64,000 bases of DNA from positions 57,017-121,016 of IMG/VR virus record IMGVR_UViG_3300040801_004793; one strand, written 5' to 3'. This stretch comes from a virus. Numbering within the stretch: position 1 is the first letter of the stretch; each line of letters starts with the position of its first letter. Below the pieces are notes generated by a model. The model was given only the letters and a program-made list of their open reading frames with translations, was not told the origin of the DNA and did not search any database. This document shows, one piece after another, positions 30,601 to 39,898 of this stretch. Made by a program: the position numbers and the translations under genes.

Positions 30601-31110
30601 TTATCCACCAAAAGTGTCTTCAAAAAGACGATTAAAACATTGAACAAAAGCGTCGTTCGTTAGATATGCAATTTTTAGATCAGGAAAACAAATTTTCATG
30701 ACAGGTAGAAGATAGCGAATTGCAGCTTCACTACTAAAAGCCGCGCTTAGAGTTTCTTGAGCTTTCTGTAACTCAGGACTTTCTGGATTAGTGGTATCTA
30801 AATTGGCAGTAGTACTACTTACAAATTCAAGAACGGAGGTAAAAACTTCATTTCTATTTTTTGTAGCTAGTTCTTCTGGAGAAAATAGAAGGTCTTTAAA
30901 CCCATCAATAATAAAACTAATGATAAAGCTTACTTGAGGCAAAGCTGGTTTAATATACCGAACTTTTTTCTCAAGAATCTCTACTGGTTGAATAATACGG
31001 TGTAAGCCTCTAATATCTTCATCGTACATTTCATGAGAATTTTCAAACTCATGATCTGTTAGAGGACTAAATACTGGAGGTGTAGTTTTTCTAGTAGTTT
31101 GTCGAGGCAT
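30601..31110 (-). CDS. Hypothetical protein, possible additional tail chaperone
   Basis: 169-aa helical ORF between the frameshift chaperone and the tape measure. Confidence 0.5.
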   Translation of the reverse strand: MPRQTTRKTTPPVFSPLTDHEFENSHEMYDEDIRGLHRIIQPVEILEKKVRYIKPALPQVSFIISFIIDGFKDLLFSPEELATKNRNEVFTSVLEFVSSTTANLDTTNPESPELQKAQETLSAAFSSEAAIRYLLPVMKICFPDLKIAYLTNDAFVQCFNRLFEDTFGG

Positions 31111-31124
31111 AATGTGTATTGTGA

Positions 31125-31945
31125 TTAGGAGTTTCTTTTTAATAATCCAGAGAAACGTTCCATAGCAGCTTTAGTTTCAGCGTCTATTTCAGTTTCACCA
31201 TTATTATTTTCCATTGTAGCACTAAATAGTTGTTGTCGTGCTTTCTCTGCCGCCGCATCCGCTTCTTTTCTCATTCTCTTCTCTCTTTCTTCAGTGGGAA
31301 GAGTGATTTCTACCCAAAAAGAATAAATTTTCTCTATCTTCGCAAGAGGGAATTCTTCCATAAGTTGTAGAACCCCTTGAACATTGCCATTTGATTTTTC
31401 AAATAACATTGCTAAAAAGTCAGCTTCAGCATCTCCTGACGAAACAAGTTTAGTTTTGATATCAACGAAGTACTCTATATCCTTCTTTTCGTTGACTACG
31501 CTAGACTCTCTTTCACTTCCATCAGGAGACGAATAAAATTTATACCATTTATCTTTGAAATTCTAGAGGGTCTAAGATAACCCAATGTAGGTTCAGGAAT
31601 TATAAAACCCGTATTTTCATCTCTCTGCTTTGTAGTAGTTACAAAAATCTCTAAAATCTCGTTCATATCTTCAATTCTATCAATGTCAATACCTTTTTCT
31701 TCGGTACCTACAAGAGGCATTAAATCAGCTAGCTTTCTAGCACTATCCCAAAAGTCTTTATTCTTAGGAGATAATAGATCTCCAGGACTTCCAGCTTTAG
31801 ATGCACAATTTTGAAGAATTTGAAATTGAAGAATCTGAACGTCATCAAGATATTTCCAGCTTACGGGTTTAACAATATCCTTACTCCCATCAGAATATGT
31901 TAAATCAAAAGTCTGAAAACCTAATTTTGTTGTGTCAATAGTCAT
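31125..31945 (-). CDS. Tail assembly chaperone pair G/GT (31496..31945 extended into 31125..31409 by -1 frameshift)
   Basis: Slippery A-AAT-TTT at 31541..31535; the -1 frame reads without stops into MLFEKSNG. Confidence 0.8.
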
Positions 31946-32005
31946 GGAGCGTGTTTAGTGTAGAATAGGTATATAAATATCTTCGATTATAACACTAATG
32001 AGTAA

Positions 32006-32215
32006 TTAGGAACTGGGGGCAAAAGCAGCTACCATATTGATGCGGGTCAAGGAGTTGGTGTTGCAGCTAAAACTGGTGCTAGAGCCGTTGTTAAACCAGT
32101 AAAAAATAAATTAGAAAGAGATAGAGGAAAAACCGGAAGACTAATTCTTTCTGAGAGAGAAAAGAAAATTCTAAATGGAATTAAAGGCAAATTTTCTAGG
32201 AAAAAAGGTGCTTAA
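32006..32215 (+). pseudogene. Start-less 69-codon frame resembling the basic protein family
   Basis: Encodes ...GQGVGVAAKTGARAVVKPVKNKL...KGKFSRKKGA*; no ATG/GTG/TTG in frame. Confidence 0.35.
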
Positions 32216-32231
32216 TTAATTTTAGTTATAT

Positions 32232-32263
32232 AAAAAAAGAGGGGTTTTTAGACCCCTCTTTTT
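32232..32263. terminator. Bidirectional intrinsic terminator
   Basis: A7-GAGGGGT-ttttag-ACCCCTC-T5. Confidence 0.8.
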
Positions 32264-32281
32264 ATTTAACTACTTTTTAAC

Positions 32282-32908
32282 TTAAACAGATCTAGCGCTT
32301 CTTTGATTGGATAAAAATGTATCTGTACTTACACTAAAGCTACGATCTAAAATAGCATTTCCATAATCAGTATAAACAGATTCATCTGCCCCATCTCCGT
32401 TAGAATCAATATTTTTGGTGCCATCACTCAAAAACACTCTCACTCTAACTGTTAGAGTTCCTTCACTTTGAGTATAGTTTTTAACGATAGAAAATAACTT
32501 AGCATCATACGTGGGTGGCGTAATTACTAAGTCATTAATTGTTCCCGTTGCAGTGCTTACTACATCTAGAGTAAGCTGAGTTGGGCTATCAATAGAAGCT
32601 ACTTTAGCACCGACCCCGATACCTGTACCGGCTACAGAGTCTCCGACTCTAACATCATAATCTCCATTAGTACTACCAAACTTAAAGGTAGCACCTGTAA
32701 TTGTAATTACCGCAGAGGCATTTGTAGTGTCAATATTTTCTGTAATAGAGATGGATGCGGGAGAGGGAGCTACTCCTTCCATTGTTACGTATTCTACTGT
32801 CTGGTCTGTAGTATCGTTATGAACGGGAGCTACGGAACCCAAATTAACGTTAAGTACGTTTTTTGTTTCCGCTTTTGGTCTACTTCCTGTAAGTGTAATA
32901 TCCGGCAT
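32282..32908 (-). CDS. Virion structural protein (beta-rich, tail accessory?)
   Basis: Thr/Val/Gly-rich; V.VGD.V.GTGI..GA.V.SI module typical of fibre/structural proteins. Confidence 0.5.
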   Translation of the reverse strand: MPDITLTGSRPKAETKNVLNVNLGSVAPVHNDTTDQTVEYVTMEGVAPSPASISITENIDTTNASAVITITGATFKFGSTNGDYDVRVGDSVAGTGIGVGAKVASIDSPTQLTLDVVSTATGTINDLVITPPTYDAKLFSIVKNYTQSEGTLTVRVRVFLSDGTKNIDSNGDGADESVYTDYGNAILDRSFSVSTDTFLSNQRSARSV

Positions 32909-32919
32909 ATAATGTCTCC

Positions 32920-33225
32920 TTATTCCTTATAAGCTTTTGGTTTGGGTCCGTACCCTCGAAGTTTGTTTATATCGTAACCTTTTGGTCTAGCTCTAACCCA
33001 TTTACCTTTTTTAGCTAGATCTTCTTCTTTGGAAGAGAGATTTCTTGTTTGAATAACTTTATCTCCACCCCGTCTTTTCAACTTTCTAGCTTTAGAGATA
33101 GCTTCACTTCTAGATTCCGCGTTTACTAAGATAGGCGTTCTTCGACCTTCAAAAAAGACTGCTTTACCCCTTTTTTTACGGGGCTTTAGGTCTCTACTTC
33201 CTTTCTTTCTAGCGAAATTTATCAT
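32920..33225 (-). CDS. Basic small protein, FARK-tag family
   Basis: Start reassigned to 33225 (MINFARKKGSRDLKPRKKR) because the upstream extension overlaps a terminator. Confidence 0.7.
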   Translation of the reverse strand: MINFARKKGSRDLKPRKKRGKAVFFEGRRTPILVNAESRSEAISKARKLKRRGGDKVIQTRNLSSKEEDLAKKGKWVRARPKGYDINKLRGYGPKPKAYKE

Positions 33226-33229
33226 AATT

Positions 33230-33261
33230 AAAAAAGGGGGTAAATATACACTTACCCCCTT
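33230..33261 (-). terminator. Intrinsic terminator after the major tail gene
   Basis: Minus strand GGGGGTAA-gtgtatat-TTACCCCC-TTTTTT. Confidence 0.75.
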
Positions 33262-33294
33262 CCTCACCTAACCTACACACTATTCAAAATGAAA

Positions 33295-34089
33295 TTAAAT
33301 ACAAGCAACTTTCAAAGGTGTAGCATAGACATTCCAAGCGCTACATTCACCAGGAAGGTTGTTCAGGAATAGAGACATCTCTAGACCTTCTCCACCAAAG
33401 TCAATAGACTTACCTTCAACGTTAGGTGTAACGTTTCTAGCTTCGAAAATCGTAATTTGGTTTAGCGTATCCACCATGAGAGCGTAGACTTCGTGTGGTC
33501 CTACAAGAACATCACTCAGGGTAATACCTGTAACATTGTGGGGAATTAGCAAAGAAACTAGTTCATTTGCTGCCACTAGGTTGTTAGAGTACTTGAGAGC
33601 ACCGTCAGCGCCTAAAGCAAAACTGTCATCTGTAGTAGGATCAAAAGTATCGTAGTCTTGTCTAGTCAAAGCTGTGGACAACAGATTACGAGTCACAGAA
33701 GCAGAAACTCTAGCATCGTTAGCTACTACACCTTGCATAAGATATCCCGCAGCGTCTCCAGCAACTTCATTGCTAGAAACTTCCATCAACAGGGGAATAT
33801 AAGTATCGAAGGTACCAGCAGCTTGCTCGTTACCTACGTTGAAGCTTAACATTTCCGGTTGAATATAGTTGTACGAAATAGAAAGTTCTGGTGTAGTGCC
33901 AGCAACGTAAGATCCAGTTCTTACTTTACGGCCCTGTTTGTTTCTACCCATTTGAACTCTTTGTTCAATATTAGTTGCCAGAGTAAAGTTATCGGGGGTA
34001 GGCCAGTTTAACACTACGCCATCGCTCTTTCTTTTCATCTGGAGTGTACTAATACCAACATAGGTCCGTTGGTTAATACTAATAGTCAT
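33295..34089 (-). CDS. Major tail (tube) protein
   Basis: 264 aa, beta-rich, upstream of chaperones and tape measure, followed by a terminator; no sheath gene in the window. Confidence 0.65.
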   Translation of the reverse strand: MTISINQRTYVGISTLQMKRKSDGVVLNWPTPDNFTLATNIEQRVQMGRNKQGRKVRTGSYVAGTTPELSISYNYIQPEMLSFNVGNEQAAGTFDTYIPLLMEVSSNEVAGDAAGYLMQGVVANDARVSASVTRNLLSTALTRQDYDTFDPTTDDSFALGADGALKYSNNLVAANELVSLLIPHNVTGITLSDVLVGPHEVYALMVDTLNQITIFEARNVTPNVEGKSIDFGGEGLEMSLFLNNLPGECSAWNVYATPLKVACI

Positions 34090-34093
34090 TTAT

Positions 34094-34384
34094 TTACTCC
34101 TCGTTATTAGTTTCGGTTTGTTCTTCTACTTTCCTTCTTTTTCTAGGTTTAGCAGCAGAAGTAGTTGTTTCGATATTTGTTGGTTCGGTTTTGGTAATTT
34201 CTATTACGCTAGAGTCAACATCATATTCAAATTTAATTGTTCCTAATCTAGCTAAGTAATTAATCTCTTCAACTAAAAAATCATCTTTTAAGTATATCCC
34301 TGGAGTTATTACTCTTCTAGCTGTAACTCCGGGAGGGGCTGTATAACAATTTTGAATTACTCTAATTTTTTGTTTTAATTTCAT
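34094..34384 (-). CDS. hypothetical protein
   Basis: 96 aa; PG.Y motif like the N-terminus of 39354..39878. Confidence 0.55.
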   Translation of the reverse strand: MKLKQKIRVIQNCYTAPPGVTARRVITPGIYLKDDFLVEEINYLARLGTIKFEYDVDSSVIEITKTEPTNIETTTSAAKPRKRRKVEEQTETNNEE

Positions 34385-34647
34385 AATTTTCTTCTAGGTA
34401 TTCTATTTCTATTTCTATTTTTATAAGAAATACGATTTTTTAAACCTGTAATTCTATTTCTAATTTTGTTTATTTCAGCCCCTTTTCTAATTGTAGCATC
34501 TGAGTTTTTAGCTGCAACTAAACCAGATCTAGCTTTTTGTTTCATCCCCTGTAACATCCCTGAAATTGTAGTAAAGCCTTGTTGACCTCGACCTCTCCGA
34601 AGTTTTGATCGCATGGCTCTTTTCATTTTTGTTATAGGGGAATCCAT
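34381..34647 (-). CDS. Highly basic small protein
   Basis: 88 aa, Arg/Lys-rich. Confidence 0.6.
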   Translation of the reverse strand: MDSPITKMKRAMRSKLRRGRGQQGFTTISGMLQGMKQKARSGLVAAKNSDATIRKGAEINKIRNRITGLKNRISYKNRNRNRIPRRKL

Positions 34648-34678
34648 TTATATAACTAACCTTTTTTACTTCAGTCTC

Positions 34679-35146
34679 TTATTTTTTCCTGCGGAATCTA
34701 TTTCTTAAATCCGAAGTAGCGCCTTGAAGTCTAGCAGTATTTCTACCTAGACTCGAAGCTGCACTATTGAGAACTCCTTGTTTTCTAATATTAGAGATTC
34801 TCTGACGAGTGTTACCGACAAAACGACCTGCTCTAGTCGCTCCAGAAAGAGCCGCGTTGTTAGCAGAACGTCCGAGGCTTGACGCTCCTCTCCTAACTCT
34901 TGCAATTGGATCTCTTCTCACGGATGCACTCAAAGCAGAGGTCGGCATTGGAATACCTCCGTTTACTCTTTTAGGACCTTTTTTTCTTCCTCTAGCTGCC
35001 AAAGCAGCTCCTCCTAAACCGGCGGCTCCAGCAATAGCCCCCGCTGCAGCAAGCCCTCTTTTATTAACACTCACAGAACGTCTTCTTTTTTTTCTTCGAC
35101 CTTTATCTCTAGATCCTTTCTTTCTTGCAAATTCGTAATAACTCAT
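34679..35146 (-). CDS. Basic small protein, FARK-tag family
   Basis: MSYYEFARKKGSRDKGRRKKRRR plus a Gly/Ala hydrophobic stretch. Confidence 0.75.
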   Translation of the reverse strand: MSYYEFARKKGSRDKGRRKKRRRSVSVNKRGLAAAGAIAGAAGLGGAALAARGRKKGPKRVNGGIPMPTSALSASVRRDPIARVRRGASSLGRSANNAALSGATRAGRFVGNTRQRISNIRKQGVLNSAASSLGRNTARLQGATSDLRNRFRRKK

Positions 35147-35193
35147 TTTTATCTCCTTTTTTTATTACTTTATTTTTTAGTTTGTACTAAACG

Positions 35194-35538
35194 TTAAACA
35201 AAGTTAACTTTGTTTTTTTGGACTCTTCTAGCTCCGCTAGCAATTTTAGAATTTACAGCAAAAGGAGTAGCTCTTGCTAAACCTCTAGCTTGATTAGAAA
35301 CACCCCGAGCGTAGTATTTCGCTCGTCTTCTTTTGCTACCAGATACATCTTCTCTAGCTGCTCTTCTTTGGCCTTTCCCATAACCATATTGTGCTATACC
35401 TCTTAAAGCTCCAGGAGCCTGTCTAGATGCAGCCCTTGTTCGGTTGCGGTTAACTTTTTTAGCCACCCCTTTAATTCCACTGTTAGCTCTATTTGCTAAA
35501 CTCACTAGTCCATTCTTTTTTTTCTTTCTATTAAACAT
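35194..35538 (-). CDS. Highly basic small protein
   Basis: MFNRKKKK start; Arg/Ala-rich. Confidence 0.6.
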   Translation of the reverse strand: MFNRKKKKNGLVSLANRANSGIKGVAKKVNRNRTRAASRQAPGALRGIAQYGYGKGQRRAAREDVSGSKRRRAKYYARGVSNQARGLARATPFAVNSKIASGARRVQKNKVNFV

Positions 35539-35542
35539 AGTA

Positions 35543-36040
35543 TTAATTTAAATCCTTAAATTGAAATTGAATACGAAGGAAAGGGTATACTACTTGCATT
35601 TGTTCATTTGCGGTTAACAGATAATTTACTGTGTAATCTCTGTTTTCTTGAGGAGGGGGCTGTAAATTTAAATCTCTTCTAGAATAACTATGAAGTCCTA
35701 TATTTAATTTTCTACCTATCCAATATAAAAGATCTGGAAGTTTATCTAGGTCAGGATACACTACAGAATAAGTTATTGCCCCTGTAGTAAAATCAGTAGT
35801 TTCGGTAGCTCTTTTAAAAGTATCTGTGAGTCTGTATACCTTTAGTATTGGAAACTCTGAAAGAGGTATGTTGACAGCATCATAATTTCTAATATTTCTA
35901 ATAACTAAACCATCTTTCAATTCAGGTCGAGTTTCTCGTAATTTAACGTATTCGTTGTTTACAAAGTCTCTCAAAAAACGAGCTAATTTTAAACAGTACT
36001 CGTTTTCTCCTATTAAGTAAATGGGGCTAGTATCACTCAT
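35543..36040 (-). CDS. Putative tail terminator/completion protein
   Basis: 165 aa with FP.L.VY motif, between neck genes and tail tube. Confidence 0.5.
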   Translation of the reverse strand: MSDTSPIYLIGENEYCLKLARFLRDFVNNEYVKLRETRPELKDGLVIRNIRNYDAVNIPLSEFPILKVYRLTDTFKRATETTDFTTGAITYSVVYPDLDKLPDLLYWIGRKLNIGLHSYSRRDLNLQPPPQENRDYTVNYLLTANEQMQVVYPFLRIQFQFKDLN

Positions 36041-36077
36041 ATAAACTATTATACTTTATTCAAACTTTTTAATAACT

Positions 36078-36422
36078 CTAGCTTCTCTTTTTTCTTTGTT
36101 TCATTCGAGCTCTCTCTAAAAACTTTTTACTCCAGTATTTTTGACTACCGGGGTGAGCTTGTAAACCAGGAGCTCTATCTATCTCACTACCAAAACCTGT
36201 TACAAACCCGTCTAGTGGGGGAGCTTCTGTTCTCGGCTCTCTTTTTTTTACTTCTTTTCTAGCTTCTACTGTTTTTGCTAATTTTCTAGCAGCAAGACCA
36301 GTAAGACCTATACCAGTTAGTCCTATACCTACTTTTAGAGCAGTTTTCTTTTGAGAGATTCTTTTTTTACGCCTCTTTTTATCTCGGCTTCCTCTTTTTC
36401 TTGCAAATTCGTAATAACTCAT
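36078..36422 (-). CDS. Basic small protein, FARK-tag family
   Basis: MSYYEFARKRGSRDKKRRKKR plus GIGLTGIGLTGLAA. Confidence 0.75.
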   Translation of the reverse strand: MSYYEFARKRGSRDKKRRKKRISQKKTALKVGIGLTGIGLTGLAARKLAKTVEARKEVKKREPRTEAPPLDGFVTGFGSEIDRAPGLQAHPGSQKYWSKKFLERARMKQRKKRS

Positions 36423-36432
36423 TTTTTCTTGT

Positions 36433-36849
36433 TTAAAATATGTCGTCAGCTAGCTGACCCTTAGTTTTCCTTTTTCCTCGTCTCCTGTTAACGGTGATGC
36501 TAGGAGGTCCACCTCTTTGAGCATCTATTTCTTTAATAGCCTTGGAAACAAAATTGCCCGGTAAAACAAAATTGCCCGGAGGTCTAGATGTTTTTATTTC
36601 TGATATTGTATCGTTAGTTCTTTTTGCTTTTTGTTCAAAGGCCTGTTTAGACTTCTCTCTTCTTTTTTTAGCGATAGTTTTAATTCTGTTTCCAATTTTA
36701 TCGTGATTTGCAGTTAACCAAGCAGCCCCAGCTAAAGCTCCGGTTGCGGCAAGTCCTTTAAAATATTTTTTAGTTTTTTTAGGTATAGGTCTTCTTTTTT
36801 TCCTAGGTTTTTTATCCCTACTGCCTCTTTTTCTAGCAAATTCGTACAT
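36433..36849 (-). CDS. Basic small protein, FARK-tag family
   Basis: MYEFARKRGSRDKKPRKKRR plus GLAATGALAGAAWL. Confidence 0.75.
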   Translation of the reverse strand: MYEFARKRGSRDKKPRKKRRPIPKKTKKYFKGLAATGALAGAAWLTANHDKIGNRIKTIAKKRREKSKQAFEQKAKRTNDTISEIKTSRPPGNFVLPGNFVSKAIKEIDAQRGGPPSITVNRRRGKRKTKGQLADDIF

Positions 36850-37214
36850 TACGTTTACCTAACTTTTTTTCTTTTTTTTGAATTTCCGTGTCCAAGTTCC
36901 TTAGATCTACTAACATAATACCCTGCAGCTCCCGTACCTAAAGCAGTTCCAACTATCCCAGGCATGTCCCTCTTTAGACCTGCTTTCAGCCTTCTAGGGA
37001 AATTTGTTTTAAGGGAATATCCTAAAGATCCTCCTATACTTTTTCCTGCTCTTCTACCTGCCCAGAAACCATCGCCAAGCTCCTCAAGAGCTGTACGAGA
37101 GATTTGTGCGCCAGCTCCAATCCCTAACCCTGCTGCAGCTCCTCTTAATCTATTTTTACTAGAAATATTTTTTTTCCTAGGTTTTTTATCCCTACTGCCT
37201 CTTTTTCTAGCAAA
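36795..37214. repeat. 46-bp perfect direct repeat (36795-36840 and 37169-37214) encoding the FARKRGSRDKKPRKK tag
   Basis: tttttttcctaggttttttatccctactgcctctttttctagcaaa occurs twice. Confidence 0.85.
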
Positions 37215-37247
37215 ATTTAAATTGCTAGTTTGTCCTATAAATTTCAT
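36855..37247 (-). CDS. Basic small protein, FARK-tag family
   Basis: NLNFARKRGSRDKKPRKK plus two Gly/Ala-rich segments. Confidence 0.75.
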   Translation of the reverse strand: MKFIGQTSNLNFARKRGSRDKKPRKKNISSKNRLRGAAAGLGIGAGAQISRTALEELGDGFWAGRRAGKSIGGSLGYSLKTNFPRRLKAGLKRDMPGIVGTALGTGAAGYYVSRSKELGHGNSKKRKKVR

Positions 37248-37756
37248 TTTTTATCTTCTATCTTTAATTTATTATTTTCGGGTACCTCTAAGGCCCATTC
37301 TAAAAAAGTTTCTGATAGCTCTTCTAATAACTCATCGTGTAAAAATACAAGACTTCGCATTGAATCAAGTTTATCGGCATAGGCCACTCTAGTACCAAAA
37401 TTAAAGGTCATGCCCTCTTCAAAGTTCGCTATTAATTCAGGAGAATTTATATCAAAACTTCGCATTAGATTTCCCGTATCTATATATATTCTACCTTGAA
37501 CTCTATCCGGCCTACCTGCTAAGTAAGACTCGCTTAAAGCTTTCCACTGTACGTTTCCATGTACCATACCTCCTGAAGTGGTTGGTGGGCTGCTACCAAA
37601 TCTTTTTTCCATGTCTTTTGACATAACTTTAGTAAGCTCTTCTCTCAACTTTTCTTTTTGAGGTTCAGTAGCTTTATTAAACTTAGCTTGAATGGATTCC
37701 ACCCAATTCTCAAGCTCCTTAATGTTTTCTAAAGTTATTTTTAAATCTAAAGACAT
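37244..37756 (-). CDS. Virion morphogenesis protein (Mu gpG / tail completion-like)
   Basis: RF......W.ALS..Y, DTG.L.RS and FGT.V.YA motifs. Confidence 0.75.
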   Translation of the reverse strand: MSLDLKITLENIKELENWVESIQAKFNKATEPQKEKLREELTKVMSKDMEKRFGSSPPTTSGGMVHGNVQWKALSESYLAGRPDRVQGRIYIDTGNLMRSFDINSPELIANFEEGMTFNFGTRVAYADKLDSMRSLVFLHDELLEELSETFLEWALEVPENNKLKIEDKK

Positions 37757-37762
37757 ACGGTA

Positions 37763-38401
37763 TTACCAATCCCCTGTAAAAGGATACCTTCTAGGTTCAA
37801 ATCCAGCCGTAGAATCACTTTCCCCAAAATAGTGTTTTCCCGGTAGTTTAGTTTTATTTTGTACTACAGTAGTGTTTTTAGTTACGTTATCAGGAATCTG
37901 ATCTCTACCTAGTAATCTCTCACCTGGTAGTCTAAGAGGCTGTCTTTCTCCATGTAGAGTTTTATGGTCTACTGGAGGACTAACTGCAATATAAATGTTA
38001 GAACCGGCAGTAATTTGTTGAAGCAATGACTTAGCATGAACATCTAAATTCATAGCTGTCTGACTAATATCCGAAGCTTGCATAATAGGGTTGCTGCCTT
38101 CAAAGTGAATCTGAATTAATCCAGCGATGGATAAAGATTCACTAATATCTGCCAGAATATTTCTAGTTACTTCATGACTCAAACGAAGAGGAGTTACGTA
38201 TATTTGAGAAAGAATTAAATCAATATAACCTTCTTTTCGTTCAGCTACGAGAGTAATAGTTTCCGGGTCAACAACATTTCCCGCTACTACGTTTCCATAA
38301 CCTAGCGCCTGAGTGAGAGCCGTATCAATGGGAGGAGTTTCTTCTATATTAAGTCTCCCCCGAAGTCTTCTAGCTATGTTCTCGACAGTAGTGTATTTCA
38401 T
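37763..38401 (-). CDS. Head-tail adaptor (Mu gp36/DUF1320-like)
   Basis: Y.T.E, ID..L...Y..PL and A...L..I..G pattern. Confidence 0.65.
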   Translation of the reverse strand: MKYTTVENIARRLRGRLNIEETPPIDTALTQALGYGNVVAGNVVDPETITLVAERKEGYIDLILSQIYVTPLRLSHEVTRNILADISESLSIAGLIQIHFEGSNPIMQASDISQTAMNLDVHAKSLLQQITAGSNIYIAVSPPVDHKTLHGERQPLRLPGERLLGRDQIPDNVTKNTTVVQNKTKLPGKHYFGESDSTAGFEPRRYPFTGDW

Positions 38402-39021
38402 TATCTTTTTCTAGATCTCCTAGATTTTCTTTTAGACCTCACAGAAGAAGACTTTTTCTTTCTAGTAAAGGGTTTTACTTTTTTACCATTACGAATATAA
38501 CCTTTTACTCTTACAGTTCCACCCTCTTTGTTTTCAGCTTCTTTCATTGCAAGCTGTCTTTCTTTAAGGTCTAACTGTCTTTTAATAAGGGGTCTTTTTC
38601 CTTTACTTTGGTCAATAGATTTTTCCCACAAGTCAGTACGTCTTGCGGTTTCTGCTAATTCAGCTTTTTTAGCTTCTAGCTTACTTTTATCGTAGTCTAA
38701 TCTTTTTCCTTCTGTTTTAATACCGGATATAGTTTTAGCTACGGCAGCTCCCCCTCTAGCAGCTTTGGTTCCCGTATGTACTACGTTTGCAATTTTTCCC
38801 GCAGTAGAAATAGCTCTATCTAACCTTTTAGCTCCAGTTTGACGTTTTTGATAGACCCCTTGACCTATAGAAGCTGCACCCGCAAGCTGTCTCAAAGCTT
38901 TTGTAGCTGGAACTGATCTAGCTAGAAATACGTCTAGTTCACTACGCTTTGCATAGTTGATAGTACTATTATTATATAAAAAATTTATTTTATTCTGAAG
39001 TTTGCTTAAAGAGTTTCTCAT
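38401..39021 (-). CDS. Basic protein, possible internal virion protein
   Basis: INYAKR near the N-terminus; C-terminal VRVKGYIRNGKKVKPFTR and basic tail. Confidence 0.6.
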   Translation of the reverse strand: MRNSLSKLQNKINFLYNNSTINYAKRSELDVFLARSVPATKALRQLAGAASIGQGVYQKRQTGAKRLDRAISTAGKIANVVHTGTKAARGGAAVAKTISGIKTEGKRLDYDKSKLEAKKAELAETARRTDLWEKSIDQSKGKRPLIKRQLDLKERQLAMKEAENKEGGTVRVKGYIRNGKKVKPFTRKKKSSSVRSKRKSRRSRKR

Positions 39022-39033
39022 ATTAAAAAACTC

Positions 39034-39342
39034 CTAAGACATAATTACGCTAGTTTCATTAGTCACTACTACTCCGTTTGGAATTGTACCGCTTTCTGAA
39101 GTAGTTACAATACTTTTCCTACCATTAATTTTTTTAGCAGCTACACTACCTTTTGCGTTCTTAAACTTTTTGGTAACAATCTTTTCTCCCTCGTCCCATG
39201 GATCAACTCCCACGGTAGAAGAAATATTTTTAATTACTAAACTGTTAGAAGAAGGAGCTCCTTTAATAGAACCTTGTACAGAAGAGGCATCAAAGCACTG
39301 TCCCGTACTAATTCCAGACGTATTTCTTTTATGTTGTAACAT
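39034..39342 (-). CDS. Small hypothetical virion protein
   Basis: 102-aa ORF in the head module. Confidence 0.5.
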   Translation of the reverse strand: MLQHKRNTSGISTGQCFDASSVQGSIKGAPSSNSLVIKNISSTVGVDPWDEGEKIVTKKFKNAKGSVAAKKINGRKSIVTTSESGTIPNGVVVTNETSVIMS

Positions 39343-39353
39343 TTATAATCTCC

Positions 39354-39878
39354 TTAAGAATTGAAGTCAATTTCAATAGAAGTCCAATCTTTACCAAAAG
39401 GTAAATTGACTCTTTCATTAAGATCTCTATAATCCGTAAAAGCAGACTTCTCTCTTAATCGAATTACTTTCTTTGCAGTTGCTTCTGAAATACCAGGTAA
39501 ACCTTGTAGAGTGTCTAAATCTACACTATTTACTTTTACCCCATTAGGCTTACTTTCTGTCTGAGTAGCTTTCAAAGAAATATTATCAGAGGGTCTAGTC
39601 TTAATAGAGACTTCTTCAGAGAGACCCGATCCTGGTTTTCCCTTAGAGACTTTTACCTCAGAAGTTTCAAACTTCCCTTCTCCTGCCATTTTTACTTCTT
39701 TTACCGCTTCTTTTACTTCAGGGATGTCTTCTTCAATTTCTTGAACAATATAGTAAGAAGTATAAGCCTTTTTAGGTAATTCTCCAGGATTATAAATACC
39801 GGGATAAAAAGTATTTCCTGATTTGCTAACAAAAACTCTTAATAGTTTTACTGGTTTGTCTTCTCTAAAATCTTCCAT
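39354..39878 (-). CDS. Helix-hairpin-helix (ComEA-like) DNA-binding domain protein
   Basis: VKVNSVDLDTLQGLPGISEATAKKVIRLREKSAFTDYRDL. Confidence 0.8.
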   Translation of the reverse strand: MEDFREDKPVKLLRVFVSKSGNTFYPGIYNPGELPKKAYTSYYIVQEIEEDIPEVKEAVKEVKMAGEGKFETSEVKVSKGKPGSGLSEEVSIKTRPSDNISLKATQTESKPNGVKVNSVDLDTLQGLPGISEATAKKVIRLREKSAFTDYRDLNERVNLPFGKDWTSIEIDFNS

Positions 39879-39898
39879 TTTTCTCTTATTTATTAATT

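Noticed and set aside
30025-30663. 212-aa plus-strand ORF and other antisense ORFs within structural genes
   Set aside because: Shadow frames of strongly supported minus-strand genes; no RBS or motifs.
39354-39878. Photosystem II PsbU auxiliary gene
   Set aside because: Similarity is limited to the generic HhH fold; no signal peptide; head-module context.
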